20,000 nt of DNA from Candidatus Sysuiplasma jiujiangense (GTDB taxonomy: Archaea; Thermoplasmatota; Thermoplasmata; Sysuiplasmatales; Sysuiplasmataceae). A program made the position numbers and the translations under genes. The notes beneath the pieces were generated by a model. That model saw only the letters and a program-made list of their open reading frames with translations. It ran no database searches and was not told where the DNA came from. The stretch spans positions 121,293-141,292 of the forward strand of contig JAHEAD010000003.1 of assembly GCA_019721075.1 (NCBI GenBank), in the 5' to 3' direction. Positions within the stretch are counted from its first letter, which is position 1; each line of letters opens with the position of its first letter. Shown here one piece after another: positions 1-9,200 of the stretch.

Positions 1-2
1 CC

Positions 3-476
3 GAGCTGTTCACCGTTATAATATTCCTGGCCATGCCGAAACCGGAGTTCGGCCTGCTTATGCTGGTCACAATCAGCATTGCAGAATTTTCCGGTATTAC
101 CAGTCTCTATTTTATCGTGAAATATTACGATCTTCCTAACTGGATAAAAAACAAGATGGTTTCATATTCGAAACTGTTTATCGTGAAAGATGAAAAGGTC
201 ATTCTGCTCAACCGCATTGCCCCGGTAATACCGTTTCTCGGTGCATTCATAGCGACATGCAGGTGGCCCTACGCAAAGAGCATATTTTACAATTTTCTGG
301 GTGGATTGAGCAAGTATCTTCTGATAATACTGCTCGCCACGCTGCTCCTGAGCGTATTTTCCAACCAGCTGGAGGCTGAGCTCATAACACTTGCTGCAAT
401 CGGCACAGTCATAGGAATAAGCGCATACCTATCGTCAAGGGAGAGAAAAAAACTCGGAGTGAAGGCTGGGTTCTGA
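3..476 (+). CDS. DedA/VTT (SNARE-associated)-like membrane protein, 5'-truncated by the window edge
   Basis: Frame is open from position 3 (ELFTVIIFLAMPK...). Several hydrophobic segments and LLNRIAPVIPFLGAFIATCRWPYAKSIFYNFLGGLSKY resemble the DedA R-x-x-P core. Stop lies 1 nt before the GT4 start. Confidence 0.6.
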   Translation, partial: ELFTVIIFLAMPKPEFGLLMLVTISIAEFSGITSLYFIVKYYDLPNWIKNKMVSYSKLFIVKDEKVILLNRIAPVIPFLGAFIATCRWPYAKSIFYNFLGGLSKYLLIILLATLLLSVFSNQLEAELITLAAIGTVIGISAYLSSRERKKLGVKAGF

Positions 477-477
477 G

Positions 478-1533
478 TTGAAGATCGTTGAACTGAATCC
501 TTTTTTCCTGCCATATGACGGTGGAATCGAAAAAAGGATTGCAGCGATTGCCTACAGACTGTCGAAAAGGCATGAAGTCACGGTAATAACATCAAAGCTG
601 CCTGGCACGCCGGACAAGGAACAGATTGCTGGCGCAAATGTGATACGATTGCCAAGCAGGTTCTTCGGAAACTACAATCCGCCATGGGTTATTAGCCGGG
701 ACGTGGAGAAAACGCTGATTGAAACCGGAGCCGATGTCGTCGATTATCACTACCGCTGGTCTCCGTCCTACAATCGTGCCTTCTTCAGATATGGCGGAAA
801 CAGGGTTGTAACATTCCATAATCAGTTCGGCGAAGGAACAGGTATGCTCGGGTTTGCCAGCAGAATCAACGACTCCCTGTATATCAGGAGAGCGGGGATG
901 CTCCCTATAATGACCATTTCGGATTTTGTCAGGAGACAGTTGCTTGCAAGGGGGTGCAGGGAGAGCAGCGTTGAAGTGGTTTACAACGGAATAGATATGC
1001 CGGAATCAGAAACGACGGATGAAGGTTTCGCCCTGTTTATCGGCAGACTCGTCTCCACCAAGGGCGTGGATAGAGCGGTTAAGGCATGCATGAGAAGCGG
1101 CGTCCCGCTGAAAGTGGCAGGAACCGGCCCTCTGATGAAAAAGCTGCGAAGCGTGGCAGGCGGCAGCGGGACTGTTGAATTCCTTGGACATGTGAGCGAG
1201 GCGGAAAAGGAAAGACTGCTGTCGTCATGCTCTTTTTTCATACTCCCTTCGGTTCAGGAGGCGTTCGGTATAGCCGCGCTGGAGGCAATGGCTCATGGAA
1301 AGGCTGTAGTGGCATCGAATACCGGAGGACTGGCGGAAGTAATAGGAGAGACGGGAATCCTGGTGGACTGCGGCAGCGAAATCGGGCTGTCGGATGCCGT
1401 GTCTGATTTGTGGAAGAATGAGGAAAGGAGACGGGAGATGGGTGCAATGGCCCTACAGCGAGCCAGGCAGTTTTCCTGGGATTCCTCTGTCAGGAATGTG
1501 GAGAAGTTCTACCTCCGCGCCGTTGAACGTTGA
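478..1533 (+). CDS. Glycosyltransferase family 4 (GT-B fold)
   Basis: N-terminal PYDGGIEKR, then FIGRLVSTKG and EAFGIAALEAMAHGKAVVAS (E-x7-E motif). TTG start. Confidence 0.92.
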   Translation: MKIVELNPFFLPYDGGIEKRIAAIAYRLSKRHEVTVITSKLPGTPDKEQIAGANVIRLPSRFFGNYNPPWVISRDVEKTLIETGADVVDYHYRWSPSYNRAFFRYGGNRVVTFHNQFGEGTGMLGFASRINDSLYIRRAGMLPIMTISDFVRRQLLARGCRESSVEVVYNGIDMPESETTDEGFALFIGRLVSTKGVDRAVKACMRSGVPLKVAGTGPLMKKLRSVAGGSGTVEFLGHVSEAEKERLLSSCSFFILPSVQEAFGIAALEAMAHGKAVVASNTGGLAEVIGETGILVDCGSEIGLSDAVSDLWKNEERRREMGAMALQRARQFSWDSSVRNVEKFYLRAVER

Positions 1534-2499
1534 ACGTTCCGGAGAAACGAGCGAATAGGATGGCGTTCCGGCGCTCTTTGAAGTGTTGGGATTGTATATG
1601 TACGTCACAGTGACGGTAAAAATCAGCGTTCTGCCGACGACCGGTCTGTTGAAATTCAGTGTAGCCGTACCGTTTGAGTTCAGCGACCACACCGTGAAAG
1701 TGTCTGCTGTTTCGTTCCTTCCTCCGGCGTTCTTTACCATTGAAATGGGGATTTCGTTGTAAAGGGTTATTCTGCCGGTTCCATTGTTTGCCGAGCTGTC
1801 AACCGATATAACCTTGACGGGCCATCCGGCATAACCCGGCTGGACAGTCGAATTGTAGGTGTAGGGGTAAATGGTCTGACCCTGATAGGGCAGGTAATCA
1901 TATGTAACCGTCCCGCTGACGTTATAGACTACACTGTCTTTCCAGTGCCAGAAGGGATCGGTGAAGCTCACTCCCGGATTCGGCTCCTGTCCGAATGTGT
2001 TCGAAAAAACAGTACTGTTCATCGTATGGACAATGGTAATATTCTGGTATATCGGCAGATACAACAGGAGAGAGGCATTCAGCGCGCCGTAGCCTTCCGA
2101 AGGAGGGATCACAAGTGTCCTTGTCTCGTTGACGTGCATTCCTATTATGCCCTGATCCATGCCCTTTATGACCTGTCCTGTCCCGACGTTACTGACGTTC
2201 AGTGGCGTGTAGGCGGAAGCATTACCTCGCCACTGAAAACCCGGACCCTTGACATAGGAGCCGTTGTTTATCGCTACGGAATGGATGGATGTGTCAAAAA
2301 CCTGACCGTTCGTATACTGGCCAATATAGTTGAGCAGCACGCTGTCGCCATTCTGCACAGTAAGCTGCCTGACAGCCTTAGACGAAGTGAAATACTGATA
2401 TCCGGAATATCCGACAAGCGCAAGGCCGATAAGCAGCAGCACGACTACTGTCGCGCCGGCTTTTGAAATCCTCCGTACCCTGCCGGATGTGTCGTTCAT
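1453..2499 (-). CDS. Membrane-anchored FKBP-type peptidyl-prolyl cis-trans isomerase with a large insertion
   Basis: FKBP motifs GDSVLLNYIG, GQVFDTS, GQVIKGMDQGIIGM, IPPSEGYG and LNFNRPVVGRTLIFTV. N-terminal basic stretch followed by a TM helix. Confidence 0.85.
   Translation of the reverse strand: MNDTSGRVRRISKAGATVVVLLLIGLALVGYSGYQYFTSSKAVRQLTVQNGDSVLLNYIGQYTNGQVFDTSIHSVAINNGSYVKGPGFQWRGNASAYTPLNVSNVGTGQVIKGMDQGIIGMHVNETRTLVIPPSEGYGALNASLLLYLPIYQNITIVHTMNSTVFSNTFGQEPNPGVSFTDPFWHWKDSVVYNVSGTVTYDYLPYQGQTIYPYTYNSTVQPGYAGWPVKVISVDSSANNGTGRITLYNEIPISMVKNAGGRNETADTFTVWSLNSNGTATLNFNRPVVGRTLIFTVTVTYIYNPNTSKSAGTPSYSLVSPERSTFNGAEVELLHIPDRGIPGKLPGSL
1521..1538. repeat. 7-bp tandem repeat CGTTGAA x2.6 in the GT4/FKBP overlap
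   Basis: CGTTGAA-CGTTGAA-CGTT read directly. Confidence 0.8.
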
Positions 2500-2582
2500 G
2501 GCGGACCTTTTAAATTCATCATGCTAATAAAGCTTCTCTGCAATCCCTTCCGGGCGTGCAGGCAGCAGGGGTGCGAATCGGT

Positions 2583-3884
2583 TTGAAAGAATTGTTTTCA
2601 TCGGTCAGCAGCATATTCGATGCCGGCGAAGAGGGCAGGACATACAGGTTGCGCGGCTGGATATACAGGACTCGCAGCAGCGGATCTATCGTATTCGTCG
2701 TAGTGAGGGATGCTACCGGCATAATTCAGTGCACGGTTAAAAAGTCGGAGCTTCCCGAAGCAGATTTTCAGAATGCAACACGGGCACTGATCGAGTCCTC
2801 GGTTGAAGCCGAAGGCGTACTGAGGAAGGATAAAAGGGCGCCGGGGGGTTATGAGCTGGTTGCAAGATCGTTTAAGGTTGTTTCATTTTCGGAACCGTTC
2901 CCGATAACCGAGAACCAGAGCGAGCCGTTTCTGCTCGACAACAGACATCTCTGGATAAGATCAAGGGAACAGATCGCCATAATGAAAGTGAAGGAGGAGG
3001 TTTTGCGTTCGGCGAGGGAATGGTTTCATGAAAACAGATTCACAGAGGTGACGCCGCCGATACTCACAACTAATGCCTGCGAGGGGGGAACCACACTTTT
3101 TTCACTGAAATATTTCGATGAAAATGCATACCTCAGCCAGAGTGCGCAGATGTACCTTGAGGCCATAACCTTCAGCCTGGAAAGGGTTTTTGCGGTAACG
3201 CCTTCATTCAGGGCGGAGAAATCGAGAACGCCGAGACATCTGACAGAATACTGGCATCTCGAGGGAGAGGAGGCATGGGTCAGAAACGATGAAAACATGG
3301 ATATACAGGAGGAACTGGTCTCATACATCGTCCAGAATGCCGTTGCAAGGAAAAGGGAGGAGCTTGAACTGCTGAAAAGAGATACGGCGGACCTCCTTCT
3401 TGTCAGGCCGCCGTTCGCAAGGATTACCTATGCAAAGGCAATAGAAATACTGCGGGATAAGGGAATGAAAGCAGAATGGGGGGACGACTTCGGGACAGAG
3501 GAAGAGAGAAAGCTGACTGAGGACAGCAGAATACCTGTATTCATAACAAATTTTCCGAAGGAGGTCAAAGCTTTCTATATGAAGGAGGACGAAGAGGATC
3601 CAAGAACATACAGATGCGCAGATCTTATCGCGCCCGGCGGATTCGGCGAAATTATAGGGGGCAGCGAAAGAGAGACCGACGTGAAAAAGATGCTGGAGAG
3701 AATGAACGCGCAGTCCATACCGCTCGAACCCTACCGGTGGTATCTGGATTTGAGAAAGTACGGTTCGGTACCGCATTCAGGTTTCGGACTTGGTGTCGAA
3801 AGGATCGTGAGATGGATTTGCGGACTTGAACATATAAGGGATGCTGTTCCGTTTCCCCGTACTCCTTCCAGAATCTATCCGTAA
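2583..3884 (+). CDS. asnS: Asparagine--tRNA ligase
   Basis: OB-fold N-terminus (RGWIYRTR..FVVVRD) and class IIb motifs YLSQSAQMYLE, FRAEKSRTPRHLTEYW, GEIIGGSERE, PHSGFGLGVER. Start is uncertain: GTG 2556, GTG 2571, or TTG 2583 (preceded by GGGGTG). Confidence 0.93.
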   Translation: MKELFSSVSSIFDAGEEGRTYRLRGWIYRTRSSGSIVFVVVRDATGIIQCTVKKSELPEADFQNATRALIESSVEAEGVLRKDKRAPGGYELVARSFKVVSFSEPFPITENQSEPFLLDNRHLWIRSREQIAIMKVKEEVLRSAREWFHENRFTEVTPPILTTNACEGGTTLFSLKYFDENAYLSQSAQMYLEAITFSLERVFAVTPSFRAEKSRTPRHLTEYWHLEGEEAWVRNDENMDIQEELVSYIVQNAVARKREELELLKRDTADLLLVRPPFARITYAKAIEILRDKGMKAEWGDDFGTEEERKLTEDSRIPVFITNFPKEVKAFYMKEDEEDPRTYRCADLIAPGGFGEIIGGSERETDVKKMLERMNAQSIPLEPYRWYLDLRKYGSVPHSGFGLGVERIVRWICGLEHIRDAVPFPRTPSRIYP

Positions 3885-3891
3885 GTATGCT

Positions 3892-4980
3892 CTATCGCCT
3901 TACGAAGGGCGGCTTTACTATTTCCGCAGGTATGCTTTTCCCCCTGGTATCGATTGAAACAGCTGTTCCGACAGGCGGCGGGGGTTTCGCATAGCCCATG
4001 GCGACCGGAGCTGAGAGTACAGGCGAAAAACCTCCGCTTGTTATCTGACCGGAGCCGCCTTCGAATGTGAACCTGTCCCCATGCCGTGGAATCGATTTGC
4101 CTCTGACGAGAAGGCAGGTCAGACGGCTGTAACCGCCCGCATTCTTCTGCTCCAGGAGAGCTTCCCTGCCTATGAAATCATGATCCCACTTGACGACCCA
4201 GCTGTATCCGGTCTCAAGCGTAGTCTGGGAGCCGTCAAAATCCGTTCCGGAGAGCAGATATCCCTTCTCAAGTCTGAGCGAGTCCCTGGCACCAAGACCT
4301 GCAGGACGCATCCCGGTTGCCGCACCCTGGGCAAGTATACCGTTCCAGAGTTTCGGTCCATCGCGGTCTGAAGTGAACAATTCAAAACCGTCTTCGCCGG
4401 TGTAGCCGGTCCTTGACACATAAAATCCGGACGAACCGACTGCTTTCTCGAAGCCGCCTGTCCAGTTGTCCGAAAAGGCGCCATGAAAAGAGGGAAGGGA
4501 ACGGGCGGAGGGCATGAACCTGGACACAGATTCGACTGCGCGCGGTCCCTGAACGGCAATGCAGCATACACTGCTGCTCAGATTCAACACATCGCAGTCC
4601 GCATTCCTGGATACCCAGCTGAAGACTTCGTCTGTTTTCGAGGCATTGGGAACGATGAGGAATTCCTCTTCGCCCGTACGGGTTGCGATCGTATCATCGA
4701 TTATCCTGCCCCGTTCATTCAGAAAGTGCGTGTAAACGCATGAGCCGACGGGCATGCCCCTGATACTGTTGGTTGAAAGTGCATCCAGGCTCGCCTCACT
4801 CCTCCTCCCGGACAATATGAGCTCGCCCATGTGCGAAACATCGAAAATGCCCGCACTGTTTCTGACAGCCATATGCTCATTCAGGATTGAGGTGTAGTAA
4901 AGAGGCATTTCCCATCCCGCGAAGTCGACGATGTGAGCATTAAGTGCCGCATGTTCAGGGTATAACGGGGTTCTTTTCAG
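3892..4980 (-). CDS. gcvT: Glycine cleavage system aminomethyltransferase T
   Basis: Motifs FDVSHMGE, AVQGP, SRTGYTGEDGFE, GLGARDSLRLEKG. The typical N-terminus LKRTPLY...VDFAGWEMP is in frame upstream of the ORF-track ATG (4908), up to CTG 4980. True start unresolved (see findings). Confidence 0.9.
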   Translation of the reverse strand: MKRTPLYPEHAALNAHIVDFAGWEMPLYYTSILNEHMAVRNSAGIFDVSHMGELILSGRRSEASLDALSTNSIRGMPVGSCVYTHFLNERGRIIDDTIATRTGEEEFLIVPNASKTDEVFSWVSRNADCDVLNLSSSVCCIAVQGPRAVESVSRFMPSARSLPSFHGAFSDNWTGGFEKAVGSSGFYVSRTGYTGEDGFELFTSDRDGPKLWNGILAQGAATGMRPAGLGARDSLRLEKGYLLSGTDFDGSQTTLETGYSWVVKWDHDFIGREALLEQKNAGGYSRLTCLLVRGKSIPRHGDRFTFEGGSGQITSGGFSPVLSAPVAMGYAKPPPPVGTAVSIDTRGKSIPAEIVKPPFVRR

Positions 4981-5005
4981 TTTACCTTCAGCCGCGCGAT
5001 TCGTT

Positions 5006-6175
5006 TCATTTCACCTGCCTGTGTTTTCCGGACAGCATTTCCTCGAGTCTGCCTGCCATTATGTCTGCCGGTATATCAAGGAGGGTTATCATACCCGACG
5101 AACCCGATGCGCTCCCCCTCCTGGTCCTGAGATCGATTAGGCCTGCTCCGGCAAGCTCCCTGACATGGGAATAGAACTGGGTGTGAGCCCTGTATTTTTC
5201 CCCATGCTCCTCGCATGCAATCCTGTATGCTTTCTCCACCTCTGTTGTTTCCGCATAAGCCTTGTTTCTCAGTATCCTGGAGGTTGCCAGCAGGACGAGC
5301 ATCTGCTGCCGGCCCAGGCCCGAAATACGCTCCTCCGTAACATAAGAGTAGGTTGCCGCCTTTGCCGCCCTTACATCCTCTATCCCTATATGGCTGGAAC
5401 CATTTTCATTTGCCAGCATCCCTGACTTCTCCAGGAGTTCGATTGCGAACCGGGCATCACCCCATTCACTCGCTATCTCGGATATCAGCCCGAGGACCTC
5501 ATCGTCTGCAGCGCCGTTGACAAGCGCCATTTCGGATCGTGCCTCAAGTATGTCGAAAAGCTGTTCCCGCGTATACTTGCCGAATTCTATTACGTTTGTG
5601 CGCTTGAAGGTTGAGAGGGAGGACATGTCGAGAAAATCGAAGACATAGCGCTGTGAAATGAGTATTATCGATACCCTGTTTCTTAACGTGTCCGACTCCT
5701 CCGACAGCCTTGAGAGGAAATAAACAAGGTCGCTCGCTCCGCTCCTGAAGAGCGCATCCACTTCGTCAAGAATGAAAATACAGTGGGACTGCCTCTTTTC
5801 GATATGCTTCCTGAGAACCTTTCTGAGTTCCTGAGACGAAAAGCCGCGGTCCGGAAAATTCGGATCGAAGTAATTTATCATCTTGAGAAGCGTCGCGACT
5901 TCGCTGTTTCTCTGTCTGCAGTTTACAACGGTCCACTCAATCTTCCTGCCTGCCCTGGCTGCGCTCAGTGAGAGCTGGGAGCAGAAACTCTTGGAGGTGA
6001 CAGTCTTGCCTGTGCCAATGGAACCGACCAGCAGTGCATTCTGGCTGAATTGCTCCTCGATCAGCGGAGCGAACATCACACCGAGCTTTCGCTGCTGCTC
6101 CTCCCTGTGCGGCAGCCTGTCGGGAACGTAATCGAATGACAGCTTGCTGATATCCTTGAAAACACCCGTGGGCAT
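5006..6175 (-). CDS. cdc6: Orc1/Cdc6 family replication initiator (AAA+ plus winged helix)
   Basis: N-terminal YVPDRLPHRE, Walker A GSIGTGKT, Walker B ILDEVD, sensor-2 GDARFAI, C-terminal wH-like region. Confidence 0.93.
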   Translation of the reverse strand: MPTGVFKDISKLSFDYVPDRLPHREEQQRKLGVMFAPLIEEQFSQNALLVGSIGTGKTVTSKSFCSQLSLSAARAGRKIEWTVVNCRQRNSEVATLLKMINYFDPNFPDRGFSSQELRKVLRKHIEKRQSHCIFILDEVDALFRSGASDLVYFLSRLSEESDTLRNRVSIILISQRYVFDFLDMSSLSTFKRTNVIEFGKYTREQLFDILEARSEMALVNGAADDEVLGLISEIASEWGDARFAIELLEKSGMLANENGSSHIGIEDVRAAKAATYSYVTEERISGLGRQQMLVLLATSRILRNKAYAETTEVEKAYRIACEEHGEKYRAHTQFYSHVRELAGAGLIDLRTRRGSASGSSGMITLLDIPADIMAGRLEEMLSGKHRQVK

Positions 6176-6182
6176 TCTTTCA

Positions 6183-6218
6183 ACCGCATGTTAAGTGGTG
6201 CGGTATTATTATCTTTTC
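6183..6218 (-). promoter_or_regulatory. Putative cdc6 promoter with a downstream inverted repeat
   Basis: Minus strand reads GAAAAG-ATAATAAT (BRE/TATA-like) about 30 nt upstream of the ATG. Inverted repeat ACCGCA-N10-TGCGGT at 6183-6204. Confidence 0.4.
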
Positions 6219-6295
6219 AATTTCCGCCGGGTGGCGGTTCCTGCCTGATTGGTTTGCACCGGGATTTCTGCCTTTCCGGCCGCATGCCGCAAATG

Positions 6296-9200
6296 TCAGG
6301 CATCAGACCTCGTGCTGCGGCCATCACCGAAATATTTTGACATTACCACGGATATATCCTCAGACAGGCCGATGAGCGATTTGAGCTCGGCGGCGGAGAA
6401 GGAAGGCTGCCTGTCCCTGTAGACGACAAGGACACCAAGAACCTCGCCTCGGACAATCAGCGGAGTGGCCATCAATGTTTCGAAAGGCTGCTTTTCGGTT
6501 CCCTCGAGCTGAACCGCGTAGTTGTCCAGGGAGGCATCGGCAACGAGCATCGGCTTCATCGTGCGGAATACCACACCGGTGATTCCCTTCCACGCATCGA
6601 CTTCGGTCCCGACAAGATTTTCGCTTTTGCCGGTTCTGTAGAACTCGCCAACCACTATGTTCTTGCTTCTCGTGCCGTCATGCTTCCACAGCAGGCCCAC
6701 GTCGGCATTACATATCTCCACCACTTTCGGAATGATCTCGCTGACTACCTCGACTTCAGATTTTCGTTTGACAAAACTGTCCACTATCAGATGCATAATC
6801 TCCAGATGCCTGAGCTGGCTGTTCAGCCCCTCCACGAGGAGCAGTTTATCCATTGCGGCAGAGGCAATTCTTGAAAGCCTGTTCATCCTGTCGATGTCAG
6901 GAGTCGAAAAACTGTTTTCGTCTGTTTTGCAGTAAGCCGCGACAACAATATTATTCTGCGAGGAAAGCCTGACAAGCAGCATCTGCGAAATGGAGAGTCT
7001 GGAACTCCATTCCTCCTCCATTTTTACCCTCTCGACGATCCTTGCCTCATAAGGCGATTCGTCAAACTGCATTCCAATGATGCCGCCGTCATATACGACG
7101 GAACTTATTTCCACTGAAGCGTCAGTCGTATTGATGACCCTCTTGATGCCGTTTATATCCGATACAAGCAGAACACCGGAGGCTTTCAGTAACTGTTTTG
7201 TCCGGGTACATATCTCATCAAGCAGGCCGGCTGTATTATCGCAGGAATACAGGGCTATTTCTGCATCCTGAAGCATGTCGAAGTCATCGAGCAGTCTCGA
7301 CTTCAGTTCTTTTTCATTAACGTACTTGAAGGTAAAAGCCAGGATCTGCGAAAGCTTCTCCAGAATCCTGAGATGATACGGCCGGTAACTGCCCTCGAAT
7401 GTATTAAGCACGCTGATATGCCCCCGGTACTTTATGTCAATCATAACGGGGACTGTCGCGATGCGCTCAATGCCGTATGCCTCGAGATGCGCTGCGCTGC
7501 GGTCTCTGTCCTGCGCATAATCGTTGACTATTTCCGGAACGCCGTTTCTGAGAACCCGCCCGGATACGCCTGTGGACGTTCTGGAAGCAAGCGACGGCAC
7601 GCGCTGGACACCATACGAACCTGATACTGCCTCAACATCCCTCTCCATGTCCTGTATGACGGCGATTGCAGAAGGAGAATTTGTCACATAGGCGGCGGTT
7701 TCGGCTATCTTTGCGGTTACCGCCTGAAGACCTTCCGATCGGGAGATAAAGTCAAGCACATTGCCTATTCCTTCGACTGCAACCTTTTCAGATTTCATTG
7801 ACAATTCTGCATCGAGAAGCGAAACTTTCAGATTTGCGGCAATTGAACTGTTTGCAATCTGCCTGAACCGGACAGGTGAAATTTCTGCACCTTCTTCATC
7901 CCGGAAAATAATAAAACCGCGAATCGCCTTGTTTGAATCCTTAAGCACCATTACGTAATTCGAGCAATTCCCGTCCTTCTCAAACAGGTGGGAAAAGTTA
8001 TCAGTGAACGCGCTGTTCCCAAGCTCATGGATGAACATGTTCACTTTCCTGGAAGAGCTGATTAAAAGCTCCAGAAACGCCTTTGTAAAGACAATCCTGT
8101 CCCCGTTCCCGCTGTCAATTCTCTCGAACCGTTCGCCATCCTCGGCATAAACGGCGGACAGGACGCCCATTTCCCTCATAAATTCGTTCAACCGGGTGAG
8201 TGTTTCACGGATCGAACGCGAACTGCCCAAAGAAATCAGGGATGCTGACAGACTGGTCATCCCCCTTTCCAGATCGTTGATGCCTGCAGCCAGTGATTTC
8301 TCATCAATTCTTAAAGAAAATGTTCTGAACAATGCACCGAACATATTGTGGAACCGGTGCCAGAGCAGGGCTTCGACTTCTGAGATCAGCGGTGTCTTAA
8401 CCGTTGCCAGGACGGTCCATCTGTTCCCCCTGTTGTCGGTGAAGGAAAATGCCAGTTTGGTGAAATTACCGCGGACAAACTGAAGGCCAAGAGTGGAGGA
8501 GGCTTCGTAACATGCCGCCGCCTCGTTAGGAGGCAGGCGTATCTCTTCGCTTCGGCCGGACGGAATCGTCTCATCTATATTTGTCCGTATATCACCTTCT
8601 GGAAGGAGGCGGTATTCTTCAAAATATCCTCCGGATACAAACAAGTCCATAATCAGGCTTATGACGCTCCCTGTATCCGTTATCCCGCCCTCGATTGCTG
8701 CGGATATACCCCTGTCAAACAGTTCTATCACATCTTCCGAAATTGAATATGCCTGCCTCGACTTGTCGAACATCGAGAAGGCAATTGTGTATGCATTTCT
8801 GGCGATTTCCTCCACATAGAGTTCTATTTCGGAATGATTTTGCAGAACGACGGCGAAGCGGCCCTGCTTGGACAAAATCGGTATAATGCTGCAATGCAGT
8901 TCGGTACCGTCAGCGCTGTTTCCTGACAAAGTTCTTCCCACGCACTGGCTCGAGACTGCATCCTGTATCTCGTTCCCGAAGGCCGACAGTCTGACCGGCA
9001 GTCCATATGACCAGACATTGAAGAGTCCGTCAGGAAACGATGCATACAGGGCAATTCCGTCAAGTGAATATTTACTGCAAAATTCCTCACCAAGTCTGAG
9101 GAGAGCAGACTTGGTTGAGGAGGAAGCCGTAAGCTCGGACACAATTCCAATGAGTTCATCCCTCATAACGGATGAACTCCTTGCGTCGCATATTTCGCTG

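Noticed and set aside
6176..6295. Replication origin next to cdc6
   Set aside because: Only 120 bp, not AT-rich overall, and no ORB repeats visible.
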